A stretch of DNA of 64,000 bases from Octopus sinensis (taxonomy: Eukaryota). Shown here in pieces: positions 26,113 to 38,030 of this stretch (the first letter of the stretch is position 1; each line of letters opens with the position of its first letter). Location: positions 28,706,001 to 28,770,000 of the forward strand of contig NC_043003.1 of NCBI RefSeq assembly GCF_006345805.1, given 5' to 3'. Under the pieces are notes generated by a model. It searched no databases, was not told the origin of the DNA, and saw only the letters and a program-made list of their open reading frames with translations. The translations under genes and the position numbers were made by a program.

Positions 26113-26197
26113 GTGTTGATGTGTGAGAGAGAGTGAGTGTGTGTGTGATATTGTCGTATATGTGTATGTCTGTATGTTCGTGTATGTACATACACTC

Positions 26198-26268
<71 letters not shown>

Positions 26269-26380
26269 AGAGAGAGACAGAAAGAAAGACAGATATAGAT
26301 GCATAGGAACTGTTGGCGAAGTGGTTCGTGCAGTGTCGACGGAGGGAGCATGATTTGGTTGACGAAAGGTGGAATGCCTG

Positions 26381-26450
26381 ATTGGTGGATTCTCGATATC
26401 ACCTGACTCCGAGTATATAAGGTCACTGCTATAGCTGTGGGCATGAAATA
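26381..26450 (+). promoter_or_regulatory. CCAAT (ATTGG) plus TATA (TATATAA) promoter-like pair
   Basis: ATTGG 26381-26385 and TATATAA 26414-26420 in locally GC-richer unique DNA. Confidence 0.25.
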
Positions 26451-27464
26451 CTGAGAAGACAACACATTTTTTTTTATTTCTTATCGCTGTTGTTGTTCTA
26501 ATCCTGATCAATCAATCCTCAATGAGAATATCTATGTACGAAGACGTAGAAGCCGTGATTATGATTTCATCCTGTCGCTGTTTGTTGTTTTCAAAGATAA
26601 AGCAAATATAGATATACAATAAACGATGTGTTTTCCTTGTTCGGGACTGTCGGTGGCGGTTTAAGGTATATTTGGGTACTATTTTTAGCATAGCAAATGA
26701 CCAATCAGTGTTCCCTTGCTAGCTTCTCACTGTGAATGTAATACATGTTTGTAATGTTTCCTTAAGGTTTGTGACTGAGAAATCTGAATGTTTTACGCAC
26801 AAAGTAAAGTTTTTTCTTAACGAAGATTCTATGGACCAGAGGTATTTGAGATAAATGTGGTGAATGGCAGTCAACCGACTAGTCGGCGGTTCGAATTTTG
26901 TCCTCTACAGATGTGAGGAGTCCATAATCAGAAAGAATTAAATCAAGTTACAAAGCTGTATCTTGGTACCAGAGGATCTTGAAGTTCACATGTAAAGGTG
27001 AGAATAGAAAAATGCCGTCAAACATTTTGCCGGGCGTGCTAACTATTTTGCCTGATCGCCGCCTTATTAATAATAATAATAATAATAAATACGCAAAATA
27101 CTCTCTATGTAATCTCAAGGTTTAAAACAAACAATTTAAAAAAAAAATTTATTTATTAGACATTCACTAATACAACACCAAAAAACCCCCAAATATATGG
27201 CACACTAGGCATAACAACAACGTGAACTTCCAGCCTGTTGTCTCTTGAGGCCTCTGGGTGAGACTTGGAGCCGACTTGTACTGCAAGTACTTGATAACAC
27301 CACAATGACAGAATTTGTGTTTGAGTCTGAGTGTGTGGTGTGTGTGTGTGTATACACACACAACACACACACACACAAAAGCACACACACACACAAAAGC
27401 ACACACACACACACACACACACACACAACACACGGGTAAGCACATAAAGCAAAAGTCAAACATA

Positions 27465-27542
<78 letters not shown>

Positions 27543-27582
27543 TGATGATGATGATGATGATAACAACAACAACAACAACAAT

Positions 27583-28530
27583 AAATGCCCTGATGCAGTA
27601 GCTCGTGGCTTCTAATCTGAACTGATTGGAAGTGTTATCAAGTACATTGTTTTGTCTTGGTATAAAAGATGGGAAGGCGGCGAGCTGACAGAAACGTTAG
27701 CACGCCGGGCGAAATTCTTAGCGGTATTTCGTCTGCCGAGGTATTTCCGAGGTCGACTTTGCCTTTCATCATTTCAGGGTTGATAAATTAAGTACCAGCT
27801 ACGCACTGGGGTCGATGAAATCGACTTAATCCGTTTGTCCGTCCTTGTTTGTCCCCTCTGTGTTTAGCCACTTGTGGAGTAGTAAAGAAATAGGCATTTC
27901 GTCTGCCGCTACGTTCTGAGTTCAAATTCCGCCGAGGTCGACTTTGCCTTTCATCCTTTCGGGGTCGATAAGTTAAATACCAGTTGCGCACTTGTGTTGA
28001 TATAATCGACTTAATCCGTTTGTCTGCCCTTGTTTGTCCCCTCTTTGTTTAGCCCCTTGTGGATAGTAAAGAAGTAGTTATAAAAGATGGGCTAATATTC
28101 TGCTCAATACCACAGATTTGCTTGTCAGTTGCTTGACCTTAACCAGTTAAGCATTCCTTTAGTAGCTGACGATATGTATATCTCTGATTATGAGCAGAGG
28201 TAATGACTGAGCATCATAGCTATGTGTTTTGGGGTTTGAATAATTCACATCTGGAAACATAGATGTTTCGTTCAATATCCTTAATTGTTCAATCTCCATA
28301 AGCAGGAATCTTTTGAGGGGGATGGATTACTCGACCAGAAGAAAATTCTAATAAGACACCACTTGCAAGGTAATGCACTCTATATTTTGATATGAAATCA
28401 CCATGTCGCGCACATATGATTGCAATGCATGTGCCTGGTGTACCCTTATCTGACGGGTAGTCATGATGGGTATACTGGGCGTATATTTTACCCCAGTGTC
28501 ACTTTGATGGCATGCATTGCTCTCTCATTC
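27583..28530 (+). mobile_element. Family C element, full length, interrupted by a SINE B
   Basis: AAATGCCCTGATGCAGTA start and ..CTCTCATTC(AAT)n end, with (AAT/AAC)n on the left. Confidence 0.88.
27674..28078 (+). mobile_element. SINE family B inserted into family C with a 13-bp TSD
   Basis: TATAAAAGATGGG at 27661-27673 and 28079-28091. Confidence 0.92.
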
Positions 28531-28555
28531 AATAATAATAATAATAATAATAATA

Positions 28556-28596
<41 letters not shown>

Positions 28597-28604
28597 TCAA
28601 TAAT

Positions 28605-29005
28605 AATGGTTTCAAATTTTGCCACATGGGCAGGAATTTTGGTAGAGGAAATGAGTCCATTACATCGACACCAGTTTTCAACTGGTACTTATTTTATCGA
28701 CTCCGAAAGGATGAAAGGCAAAGTCGACCTAGGTGGAATTTGAACTCAGAATGTAGCGGCAGACGAAATACCTATTTCTTTACTACCCACAAGGGGCTAC
28801 ACACAGAGGGGACAAACAATGACAGACAAACGGATTAAGTCTATTATATCGACCCCAGTACGTAACTGGTACTTATTTAATCGACCCTGAAAGGATGAAA
28901 GGCAAAGTCGACATCGGCGTAATTTGAACTCAGAACGTAGCGGCAGACGAAATACCGCTAAGCATTTCGTCCGGCGCGCTAACGATTTTGCCAGCCCGCC
29001 GCTTT
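28605..29005 (-). mobile_element. SINE family B with duplicated body
   Basis: Same blocks as 8395-8762 plus an intact head. Confidence 0.88.
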
Positions 29006-29066
29006 AATAATAATAATGACAATAATAAAATAATGATGAAGATGATGATGATAATAATAATAATAA

Positions 29067-29935
29067 CTTCTTTTCTTAGTTACGGGTGCATTGACGAGAG
29101 GGACATCACAAAGATAGACAACAATTTGCATGGAGATTTACATAAAGGAGGAGAGAGACGGAAATGGAAGACTGAAATAACATAAACTATATATAGTATA
29201 CAAAGTTATGTAATAACATGAATGATGCAGTCCTCCTGATACAAGAGAAACGCCAGCTAAAGACAACCAAGGAACTGCAAGAAACCCCGAAGGCGCAGGT
29301 GCTTTCTCGTGCTCTATAATTTAGGGCGCATATTTAGTGTAGGGTCATTCACTTTAACCATTTTTGCTACAGTCACCCATACTTTTCCAAATTCATTATG
29401 AGGTAATTCTTACCTCTCCACCTTCACATTCCTTTCCAAGTGAAATTTTAAAATTTCGGTGAGAGCTTGACCGAAGATGAAGGTGTCTTTCCTCAATCCT
29501 CTCAGCCTCGTCTACCACACATTCTCTTTCGCTATAGCCTCTAAACAGAGGAACATCCCCTGTCCTGCCTTATTAAAAGTGGATGGTGAGCGATCCGCAC
29601 GATGGATCAGACCGATAGATGGATTCATTCGATACGCGACAACAGCTGTTCTCCATAACTCCACAAGTCAGCAATACTTGGAAACTGCACGAGTGCACGC
29701 AGCACGGTATCGTCGCTCTCCGCGCAGCTTGCCTGACAGCAATTCTGTACCTGTTGAGTTTATTTTAAACTATCAGTGCTCCATGGTACCACAGTCAAGC
29801 CAGGGATTTCTAAAAGTTATCCATAGTAGTAGCAGACCCGAAGGTCCTCCGAAACAGACTAGCTAATTCAACCACGTCGACGCCTAGAGTTTTCCCGAGA
29901 ATGTCATCGCTCTACCCAACACTAAATTTCATAAT
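29067..29935 (-). mobile_element. L1/Tx1-clade LINE 3' fragment (zf-RVT region, C-terminus, 3' UTR)
   Basis: ..DILGKTLGVDVVELASLFRRTFG..MDNF..DTVLRALVQFPSIADLWSY..FLCLEAIAKENVW*TRLRGL..FHLERNVKVER..W..VAKMVKVNDPTLNMR. Homologous to 54350-54850. Confidence 0.8.
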
Positions 29936-30399
29936 TCTCCGTGACATCAATTTCTCTGAAGAGCTGAGCATTTATAATAGTTCACAAATACAATGGATTT
30001 GTGAACTACTATAAACGCACGCATCAAACCAACACTAACCTGCCACTCACAGTCGCTAAACGTAAATATTATAACACAGTATCGTATTATGTAACCTGGT
30101 GAGATTTCTTCTGCACTGTGGAGTATATTGGATTCTATTTTATCGTTCCCCACCCACGGAGCGGCGCAGATGTAAGCCGAAACGATCGTTTGTCTACCCT
30201 ATCAGCTATCTAAAATATACTAAACATGTACCGAAGAATTCCTGAGGCACATTACTGGGGCCATAACCAAAATAAGGTTTGGATACAACATTCTAAAGCT
30301 TCCTATTTAAACTTTAATTTTTAACATAACCTATATATATATAGGTAATGTTAACAGGAAGACCATTGCAGACCTTTAGGAACATGGTGCGCTCTAGGA

Positions 30400-30808
30400 A
30401 TAACTTATATTTTTGCATTTGCGTTGGTGGCTAATGAGCCCTGCTCTTGACAAGAATACACGACTGCAAGCATTGCAAACCAAGCTTTCCCCATTCACTA
30501 CACTAGCAGTGCGCTTTCGAGCAGCATGCTTAAATTATTCATGCAGAATACGTGCTCTCTGAAAGTTCTCGACACCACCTTCTTAACCTGCTTCTTCTAT
30601 CTGTGGCGATGACAGGCATTGCTCTCCCAGTCAGTCTCCTGCATATCACAGGCCTTTAATGAGGATTTGACACAGCCCTTAAATTGCAGCCTTGGTTTCT
30701 GCCGAGATTTCTTTCCATTAGCAAGTTCCCAATATAGCATCTGTTCAGAGATCCTGCTATCCTTCATTTTAATAAGGTGTCCAGTCCAACGTAACCGGTT
30801 CTTGTGCA
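30400..30808 (-). mobile_element. RTE-BovB-like LINE 3' fragment
   Basis: NRLRWTGHLIKMKDSRISEQMLYWELANGKK..KSSLKAC, followed by a terminal C2H2-like CNACSRVFLSRAGLISHQRKC. Confidence 0.88.
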
Positions 30809-30944
30809 CATACATACATACATACATACATACATACATACATACATAATACATACATACATACATACATACATACATACATACATACATACATACATAC
30901 ATACATAATACATACATACATACATACATACATACATACATACA

Positions 30945-30979
<35 letters not shown>

Positions 30980-31524
30980 GTGTGTGTGTGTGTGTGTGTA
31001 TTCGTGTGTGTATGTTTATATGTGTGTATATGTGCGTATATGTATTGATAGTCATGAAATCAACGAGATCAGAAACTAAATGAAATGAACCAGAAAGAGA
31101 GCAAAGTAGCACGCACACACACACAGACACATACACGCACACACACACACACGCACACACACACACACACACACGAACACACATTCATACACACAACCAC
31201 CATACAGAGAAACGAAAGAGAGAAGATAAAAAAAGCAAAAAGGAAAAGAGACATCACAATCCAATTGTAAAGTGTATTGGTTTTGTGATTGTAGTTAATT
31301 GTTGTATAACAATTGCTATGGACACAGCTGATATGCTAGTCAGCGTTCTTGACGGTCTTTGGATGTAATTGTTTCGAAACAACAGCAGAGGAATTGGTTA
31401 GAAATATCTATGGGTTCCATTGACCTTGGAAACTAATTACCATCAGACTATGGCGGAACAGTTCCTTTGTTTTCTGCTTTTATTTGCTACTGACTCTTCA
31501 CATTTAAAAAGAGAATAATAACAC

Positions 31525-31597
<73 letters not shown>

Positions 31598-31601
<4 letters not shown>

Positions 31602-32330
31602 TGCCCTGATGCTGTACCAGGCAGTGGCTCTCATGGCTTCTCATCTTAACTGATTGGAAGTGTTATCATGTACATTGTTTTGTCTTGGTATAAAAGATGG
31701 GCTACAGCAAATATTCTGCTCAATACCACAGATTTGCTTGTCAGTTGTTTGACCTTAACCAGTTAAGCATGTCCCTTAGTGGCTGACGATATGTGCACCT
31801 CTGATCACGAGCAGAAGTAGTGGGGGAGCATCATAGCCATGTGTTGAGAGGAATTCTTTGGGGTTTGGATATTTCACCTCAGGAAACATGGGTGTTTCGT
31901 TCAACATCCTTAAACAACCCTTATTCAGGGACCTTTTGAGCAGGGATTTTGATCATAACTGATTGGAAGTGTTATCATGTACAAGTTTTGTCTTCGTATA
32001 AAAGATGGGCTAAAGCAAATATTCTGCTCAATACCGCAGATTTGCTTATCAGTTGTTTTTTGTCACTAACCTGTTGAGTATTTCTCTTAGTGGCTGACGA
32101 TATGTGCATCTCTGATTACGAGAAGAAGTAGTGGGCGAGCATCATATCCATATTTTGGGATGAATTCTTTGGGGTTTGAATAATTCACCTTTGGAAATAT
32201 AGTGCAAGGTCATGCACTGTTTATCTTGATATGAGATCACCATGAAACACGCATGTGGTTCCCATACATGTGTTTAGTGTACTCTTATCAGAGAAGTACT
32301 CATGATGGGTATATAGAGCTTCGTATATAG
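31598..32330 (+). mobile_element. Family C element with internal duplication, abutting an R4-like coding fragment
   Basis: (TAA)n then AAATGCCCTGATG..; segment ~31640-31880 is repeated at ~31955-32190. Confidence 0.88.
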
Positions 32331-32789
32331 GGCTGCAAGTGCTCCACCCTTATTGCAGTTCCTATTTGTTCCTTTTACTTCTCAAGATTTTGAATTTATG
32401 TTCCCACCTTTTTCAGCGACCTCAACTACTTAACCTGTCATATCTATCGACTTTTCTTTCTTCCTTATCGCGTACCTTGCTGTCAGCTGGGCATACTGTA
32501 TTTATGATCCAGCATCGTTTGATTTAATTAACACTATGTCTGGTTTCCAATTCTCTATATCATAGTCGCACTGAATCATAAATTCCCATAGGATCTTTGT
32601 ATTATCATTTTCGATGATGCCTTCGGGTTTATGTTCGTACCATATTTTTGCTTTGTCAAGTCCATACTTGTTGCAAAGTGTCCAATAGACAATCCTTGCT
32701 ATATTGTCATGACGTCTCTTATATTTTTTCTGCGCTAGTAAAGTACATTGACTGGTAATATGCCATACGGTTTCACCATTTTGTCCACA
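32331..32789 (-). mobile_element. R4/Dong-like RLE retrotransposon fragment (CCHC knuckle plus endonuclease)
   Basis: CGQNGETVWHITSQCTLLAQKKYKRRHDNIARIVYWTLCNKY..WYEHKPEGIIENDNTKILWEFMIQCD..PDIVLI..CPADSKVRDKEERKVDRY..EHLQ. Confidence 0.92.
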
Positions 32790-32871
32790 ACTTATTATTA
32801 TTATTGTTGTTGTTGTTGTTGCTGCTGCTGCAGCTGCTTTTGTTTCTGTTGTTGTTGTTATTATTATTATC

Positions 32872-33083
32872 TAAGGTGGGGAGCTAGCAGAATCGTTAGC
32901 AGGCCAGGCGTAATGCTTAGCGGTATTTCGTCTGTCTTTACATTCTGAGTTCAAATTCTACCGAGATCGACTTTGCTTTTCATCTTTTCGGGGTCGATAA
33001 AATTAGTACCAGTTACGCATTGGGGTCGATGTAAATCTTCCCCCAAATTTGAGACGTTGTGCTTCTAGTAGAAAGGATTATTA

Positions 33084-33085
<2 letters not shown>
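32872..33085 (+). mobile_element. SINE family B with (ATT)n tail
   Basis: Head AAGGTGGGGAGCTAGCAGAATCGTTAGC, B-box GAGTTCAAATTC, tail GTAGAAAGG(ATT)n. Confidence 0.88.
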
Positions 33086-33163
<78 letters not shown>

Positions 33164-33696
33164 GAGGGAGATAGCAGTGCATGCCATCAAAGTGACACTG
33201 GGTAAAATATACGAAGCCCAGAATACCCATCATGACTACCCGTCTGATAAGGGTACACCAGGCACATGCATCACAACCATATGTGCGCGACATGGTGATT
33301 TCATATCAAGATAAACAGCGCATGACCTTGCAGGTGGGGCCCAGTTAGAATTTTCTTCTGGTCGAGTAGCCCATGTCGCTCAAAAGTTCCCCGAATAAGG
33401 ATTGTTTAAGGTTGTTGCACGAACTACCCATGTTTCCAAATGTGAATTATCCAAACCTCTAAGAATTCCTTTCAACATACGGCTATGATGTTCCCCCACT
33501 ACTTCTGCTTGTGATCAGAGATGCACATGTCGTCAGCCACTAAGGAACATGCTCAACCAGTTAAGGTCAAGCAAATCTGAGGTATTGAGCCGAATATTTG
33601 CCATAGCCCATCTTTTATACCAAGACAAAACAATGTACATGATAACACTTCCAATCAGTTAAGATCAGGAGCCATGAGAGCCACTGTCTGGTACAG

Positions 33697-33698
<2 letters not shown>
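33164..33698 (-). mobile_element. Family C element, uninterrupted copy embedded in (ATT)n
   Basis: (ATT)n GAGGGAGATAGCAGTGCATGCC ... GGTACAGCATT (ATT)n. Confidence 0.9.
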
Positions 33699-33781
<83 letters not shown>

Positions 33782-34149
33782 ATTATTTTAATTGGTTCAA
33801 ATTGTGGTACAAGGCCAACAACCTTAGAAGGGAATTAGTCAATTACAAGGACCCCAGCACTTGACTGGTAGTATATTTCATCGATACCAGGAGGATGAAA
33901 GGCAAATTTGACAGAGATAATAATAATCCTTTCTATTGTTGGCGCAAGGTCTGGTATTCAACTGGTACTTATTTAATCGACCACGAAATAATGCGATGCA
34001 AAATAAACGTTCACGGAATTTGAACTCGTAACGTCAAAAAGCCGGAAGAAATGACGCTAAACAGTTTGTTAAACTGCACTAATTGTATTGCTATTTTGCC
34101 GCCCAATATTAATAATATTAATAATGATGATGATGACAGTCTTGATGGC

Positions 34150-34181
<32 letters not shown>

Positions 34182-34444
34182 CCATTACCACTATCATAAT
34201 CATCATCATCACCATTCATCATCATCATCACCATTCATCATCATCATCACCATTCATCATCATCATCACTATCATGATGATAGTGAAGATGATGATGAAT
34301 GGTGATGATGATGATTATGATAGTGGTAATGATGTTGGTGATGATGACGATGAAGGCGAGGATCATGATTATGATGATGATGATGATGGTGTTGGTGATG
34401 ATGAATGGTGATGATGATGATTATGATGATGGTAATGGTGTTGG

Positions 34445-34481
<37 letters not shown>

Positions 34482-35254
34482 GATGATGATGATGATGATG
34501 ATGATGAGGAGGAGGAGGAGGAGGAGGAGGATGATGATGGTGCTTACGATGACTCATGTCTTATTTTAGTTTTTTTTTTTTTTGCTTGTTTCAAGCATTG
34601 GCCTGAAACCGAGCTTGGCACCACATTAAAGGTTTTAGTATATCAAATCGGCCTCAGTAAATATTTTTTTTCAAGTTTACAGAGTCTCGTACTTATTATA
34701 GCCGTCGCTCTTATCGAACAGTAAAATTCCGGGAGGCATAAACAAACTAGTTCTGTGCGTCGTACAATTTGTTATCACTATCATTTTTTTTCGAACCCTT
34801 TTCGTATAGTAAGGCTTTGGTGTTCGTATTCACGCCAGTGCAGCAAGCTGGTATTTGTATAGAGGGTCTAGTAATGATGATTGTTGACGATAGGACCCTA
34901 TGAAGGAGATGACTGAGTATTTTATGCTCAGAACGTAGCCAGGAATAGCAGGCAGAGAAAGTGGATGGATGGATGGGTAGATGGTTCTATGAACAATGAA
35001 GGCAGCACGACTGCCTCGAGAATACCCTGTCTAACTTTTCTCTGGTTACTTCGAGAGAAGATAGACTACTCGACCTGTGAAGCTCGTCTGAAAGCCTTCG
35101 AGAAAAAAAATGTTGAAATGCTTTTTTTCAGACGTAACTGCAGCATTCAATACCTCTATTTGATATTTGAAGAATAGATTCTTCAATATTTAATATGTTT
35201 TCCATTTGCCCGTTGAACCTTCTGGTGTTCAGTCCATGTTAGGTGTTATTTTTT

Positions 35255-35395
35255 GTCTCTGGTACTTATTTAATCGACCCCGAAAGGATGAAAGGCAAAG
35301 TCGACCTCAGCGGAATTTGAACTCAGAACGTAACGGCAGACGAAATACGGCTACGCATTTTGCCCGGCGTGCTAACGATTCTGCCAGCTCGCCAC
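35255..35395 (-). mobile_element. SINE family B head and body
   Basis: Consensus match to other B copies. Confidence 0.85.
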
Positions 35396-36272
35396 CAACA
35401 CCACCACCACCACCCGACGATGACGACGACGACCACCATCACCACCACTGCCGCCACCACCATCACCACCACCGCCGCCGCTACCATCGCCTTCGCCGCC
35501 GCTGCCGTCGCCTTCACCGCTGCCGTCGCCTTCGCCGCTGCCGTCGCCTTCGCCGCTGCCGTCGCCTTCGCCGCTGCCGTCGCCTTCGCCGCTGCCACCA
35601 CAGCCACGACGACGACCACCACCACCATCACCGTCACCGCCGCCGCCGCCTTCTCCGCTGCAACCGCTGCCACCGCCACAACCACAACGACGACGACGAC
35701 GACCACCACCACCACCCTAACTTTCACCACTCATCGGTCCCAGTATGAAGACAAATTTTTTACATCTGCATGGGATTGTGAAAAAATACTGAGCTTGGGT
35801 TATCGTTATCTCTATGAGCAACCCACCTTTAATTAATTTTTAATTCGAAAATATCTTAAGTGTTCCTCATTATTCTAAAGAAAATAGTATGTGATTTGAG
35901 AAATATTTAAACTGTTATGTCTAGCACTTCCAGCGCTCACACTAAGGTCTCGCGACGTCTAATATACCTACTTGTAATATACTCGTAGGTAATCCAATCC
36001 AATAAGGCCCACCTCTATAAATATGTTCTTTTGTGCGACGAAACAAAAAAAAATCAATAATTCCAATAGTGAATTGAAAATTGCTTTGTGTCTAATCGAA
36101 TCCTATGTTCATTAAAAAAAATTATCTCTGTTGAGACGATCCAAGTGATCGGTTGGTTGATTGGACGCAGCTCATTATATTTATTGGCGTTTGATTAATC
36201 GAGCACATAAAGATCAATGATAAAGTCGATTTTGTTGTTGTTATTGTTGTTACTGATTTATTGTTTTTGCTT

Positions 36273-36672
36273 TAAGGGCGGCGAGCTGGCAGAAACGTTA
36301 GCACGCCGGGCGAAATGCGTAGCCGTATTTCGTCTGCCGTTACGTTCTGAGTTCAAATTCCGCCGAGGTCGACTTTGCCTTTCATCCTTTCGGGATCGAT
36401 TAAATATGTACCAGTTACGCACTGGGGTCGATGTAATCGACTTAATCCATTTGTCTGTCCTTGTTTGTCCCCTCTGTGTTTAGCCCCTTGTGGGTAGCAA
36501 AGAAATAGGTATTTCGGTCGTCTTTACGTTCTGTGTTCAAATTCCGACGAGGTTGACTTTGCCTTTCACCCTTTCGGGGTCGGTAAATTAAGTACCAGTT
36601 GCGTACTGGGGTCGATGTAATCGACGATCTCTCTCTTCACAAATTCCAGGTCTTGTTCCTATGGTAGAAAGT
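36273..36672 (+). mobile_element. SINE family B with duplicated body
   Basis: AAGGGCGGCGAGCTGGCAGAAACGTTAGCACGCCGGGCGAAATG.. head and two body repeats. Confidence 0.9.
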
Positions 36673-36870
36673 ATTATTGTTGTTGTTTTAGTCTTTGTTG
36701 TCGTTCGAGTAGTTGTTGTTGTTATTGTATTTCGTCATCAGCATTAATAGTAGTAGTAGTAGTAGTAGTATAAGATGTAACAGCAATAGCAGTAGTATTA
36801 ATAGTATTTATTGTTACTTTAGGTGTGTGATAGTAGTTGTTTTGGTTGCTTTAATTGTTGTTGCAGCAGC

Positions 36871-36933
<63 letters not shown>

Positions 36934-37544
36934 TTGTTGTCGTTGTATCAGTTTCAGTTGTTGTGAGTAAAGTTACTTTAGTAGCTGATAGCCACAGGTC
37001 AACCTTCATCAAGCAAGGACGATCACAGTCGGATTGTTTTGTTCAAAAGCATTCCAGCTGTGATCATCCGATAACATTTTTCAGCCACAGTGTATCAAGG
37101 GATATATCATCCAGTGCATCTTTCCTTCGCTTTCTATAAACATTGTTACTAGGATGCGATTTAAGAGATATTTTGGTTTCTATTTCTAGCATTTCAAAGT
37201 TCCTCTCGTTTGGCGCTTGAAGACACTGTAGAAATAATATTTAAAAAATAGTGTAAGTTCGATACTTTAATTTTTGTGTCCTGTCTCCACAATCACGTTA
37301 TTAGCTATTGAAATGTGTTATATAGACACAGGTTCGATTCCCTGAAGGAAAGGGTTCGAGTAAAGAGAATCCAGTGTTGAGACTTTCAGACAGCTTGCTT
37401 GTGTAAGTTCTGCCAATCGCAAGCTTCGCATACCGGGCGCCAATACGCATTCTAAAGAGAGAATGCGCACCATTTCGAGGCCTTCCTTGCACCGGCTTTA
37501 CAGCAGACTGGCTCCTTACTTTAATGTAAGGTTCCACCTACTGG

Positions 37545-38030
37545 ATCACCTGACTAGCATTCAATCATAAATCCGTCATCTCAGAACATCGGCTCCATTC
37601 AAATTGTGGGGTTGTGTAGGTTTGACTTCCCATATAGGTAAACAGAGACCTGCCTCACAACTTTACATTATTTCTCTAACCAGGTTTCATCATCCATTTT
37701 CATCCATATTCAATGGTTAGCTCTCCCTCTCAATTAGTGACTGGATTTCTTTCAAAATGGCCTTTGCTTGACGATTATTCACACTAGTTGATAACGTCCA
37801 CCATCAAAGTCTGAATTCAATAAAAACTCTACATCGAACTTCTACAGGAAAGCGAATGCACTCCAACCAGCACCATTACAGCCTTCTAGTAGCACCTCAT
37901 AAGACACGTCTTTCTTAACCTGAGCAGCACCAATATTGTCGTCATGCGGCAAAGTAAATTCAACAAGATGTACTCTCTTTTGTTCCTCATGCCAGACTGC
38001 CGTATTTGATAAACATGTGGACCTGTGCTG
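37545..38030 (-). mobile_element. Hero-like RLE non-LTR retrotransposon 3' fragment
   Basis: VWHEEQKRVHLVEFTLPHDDNIGAAQVKKDVSYEVLLEGCNGAGW..FPVEVRCRVF..KAILKEIQ..(H)WIWM..DETWLEK* (stop 37668-37670, frameshifts). Matches the ELTVP..RK..Y..L...C...GW..P.EVGCRGF pattern. Confidence 0.8.

Noticed and set aside
26911-26997. 87-nt exon-like segment with good splice sites
   Set aside because: All three frames contain stops, and the 3' half aligns to a degenerate minus-strand SINE B.
32780-32870. (TTA)n at the 5' junction of the R4 fragment as evidence of TAA targeting
   Set aside because: It is on the opposite strand to the repeat at the putative 3' end and more likely belongs to the neighbouring SINE B insertion site.
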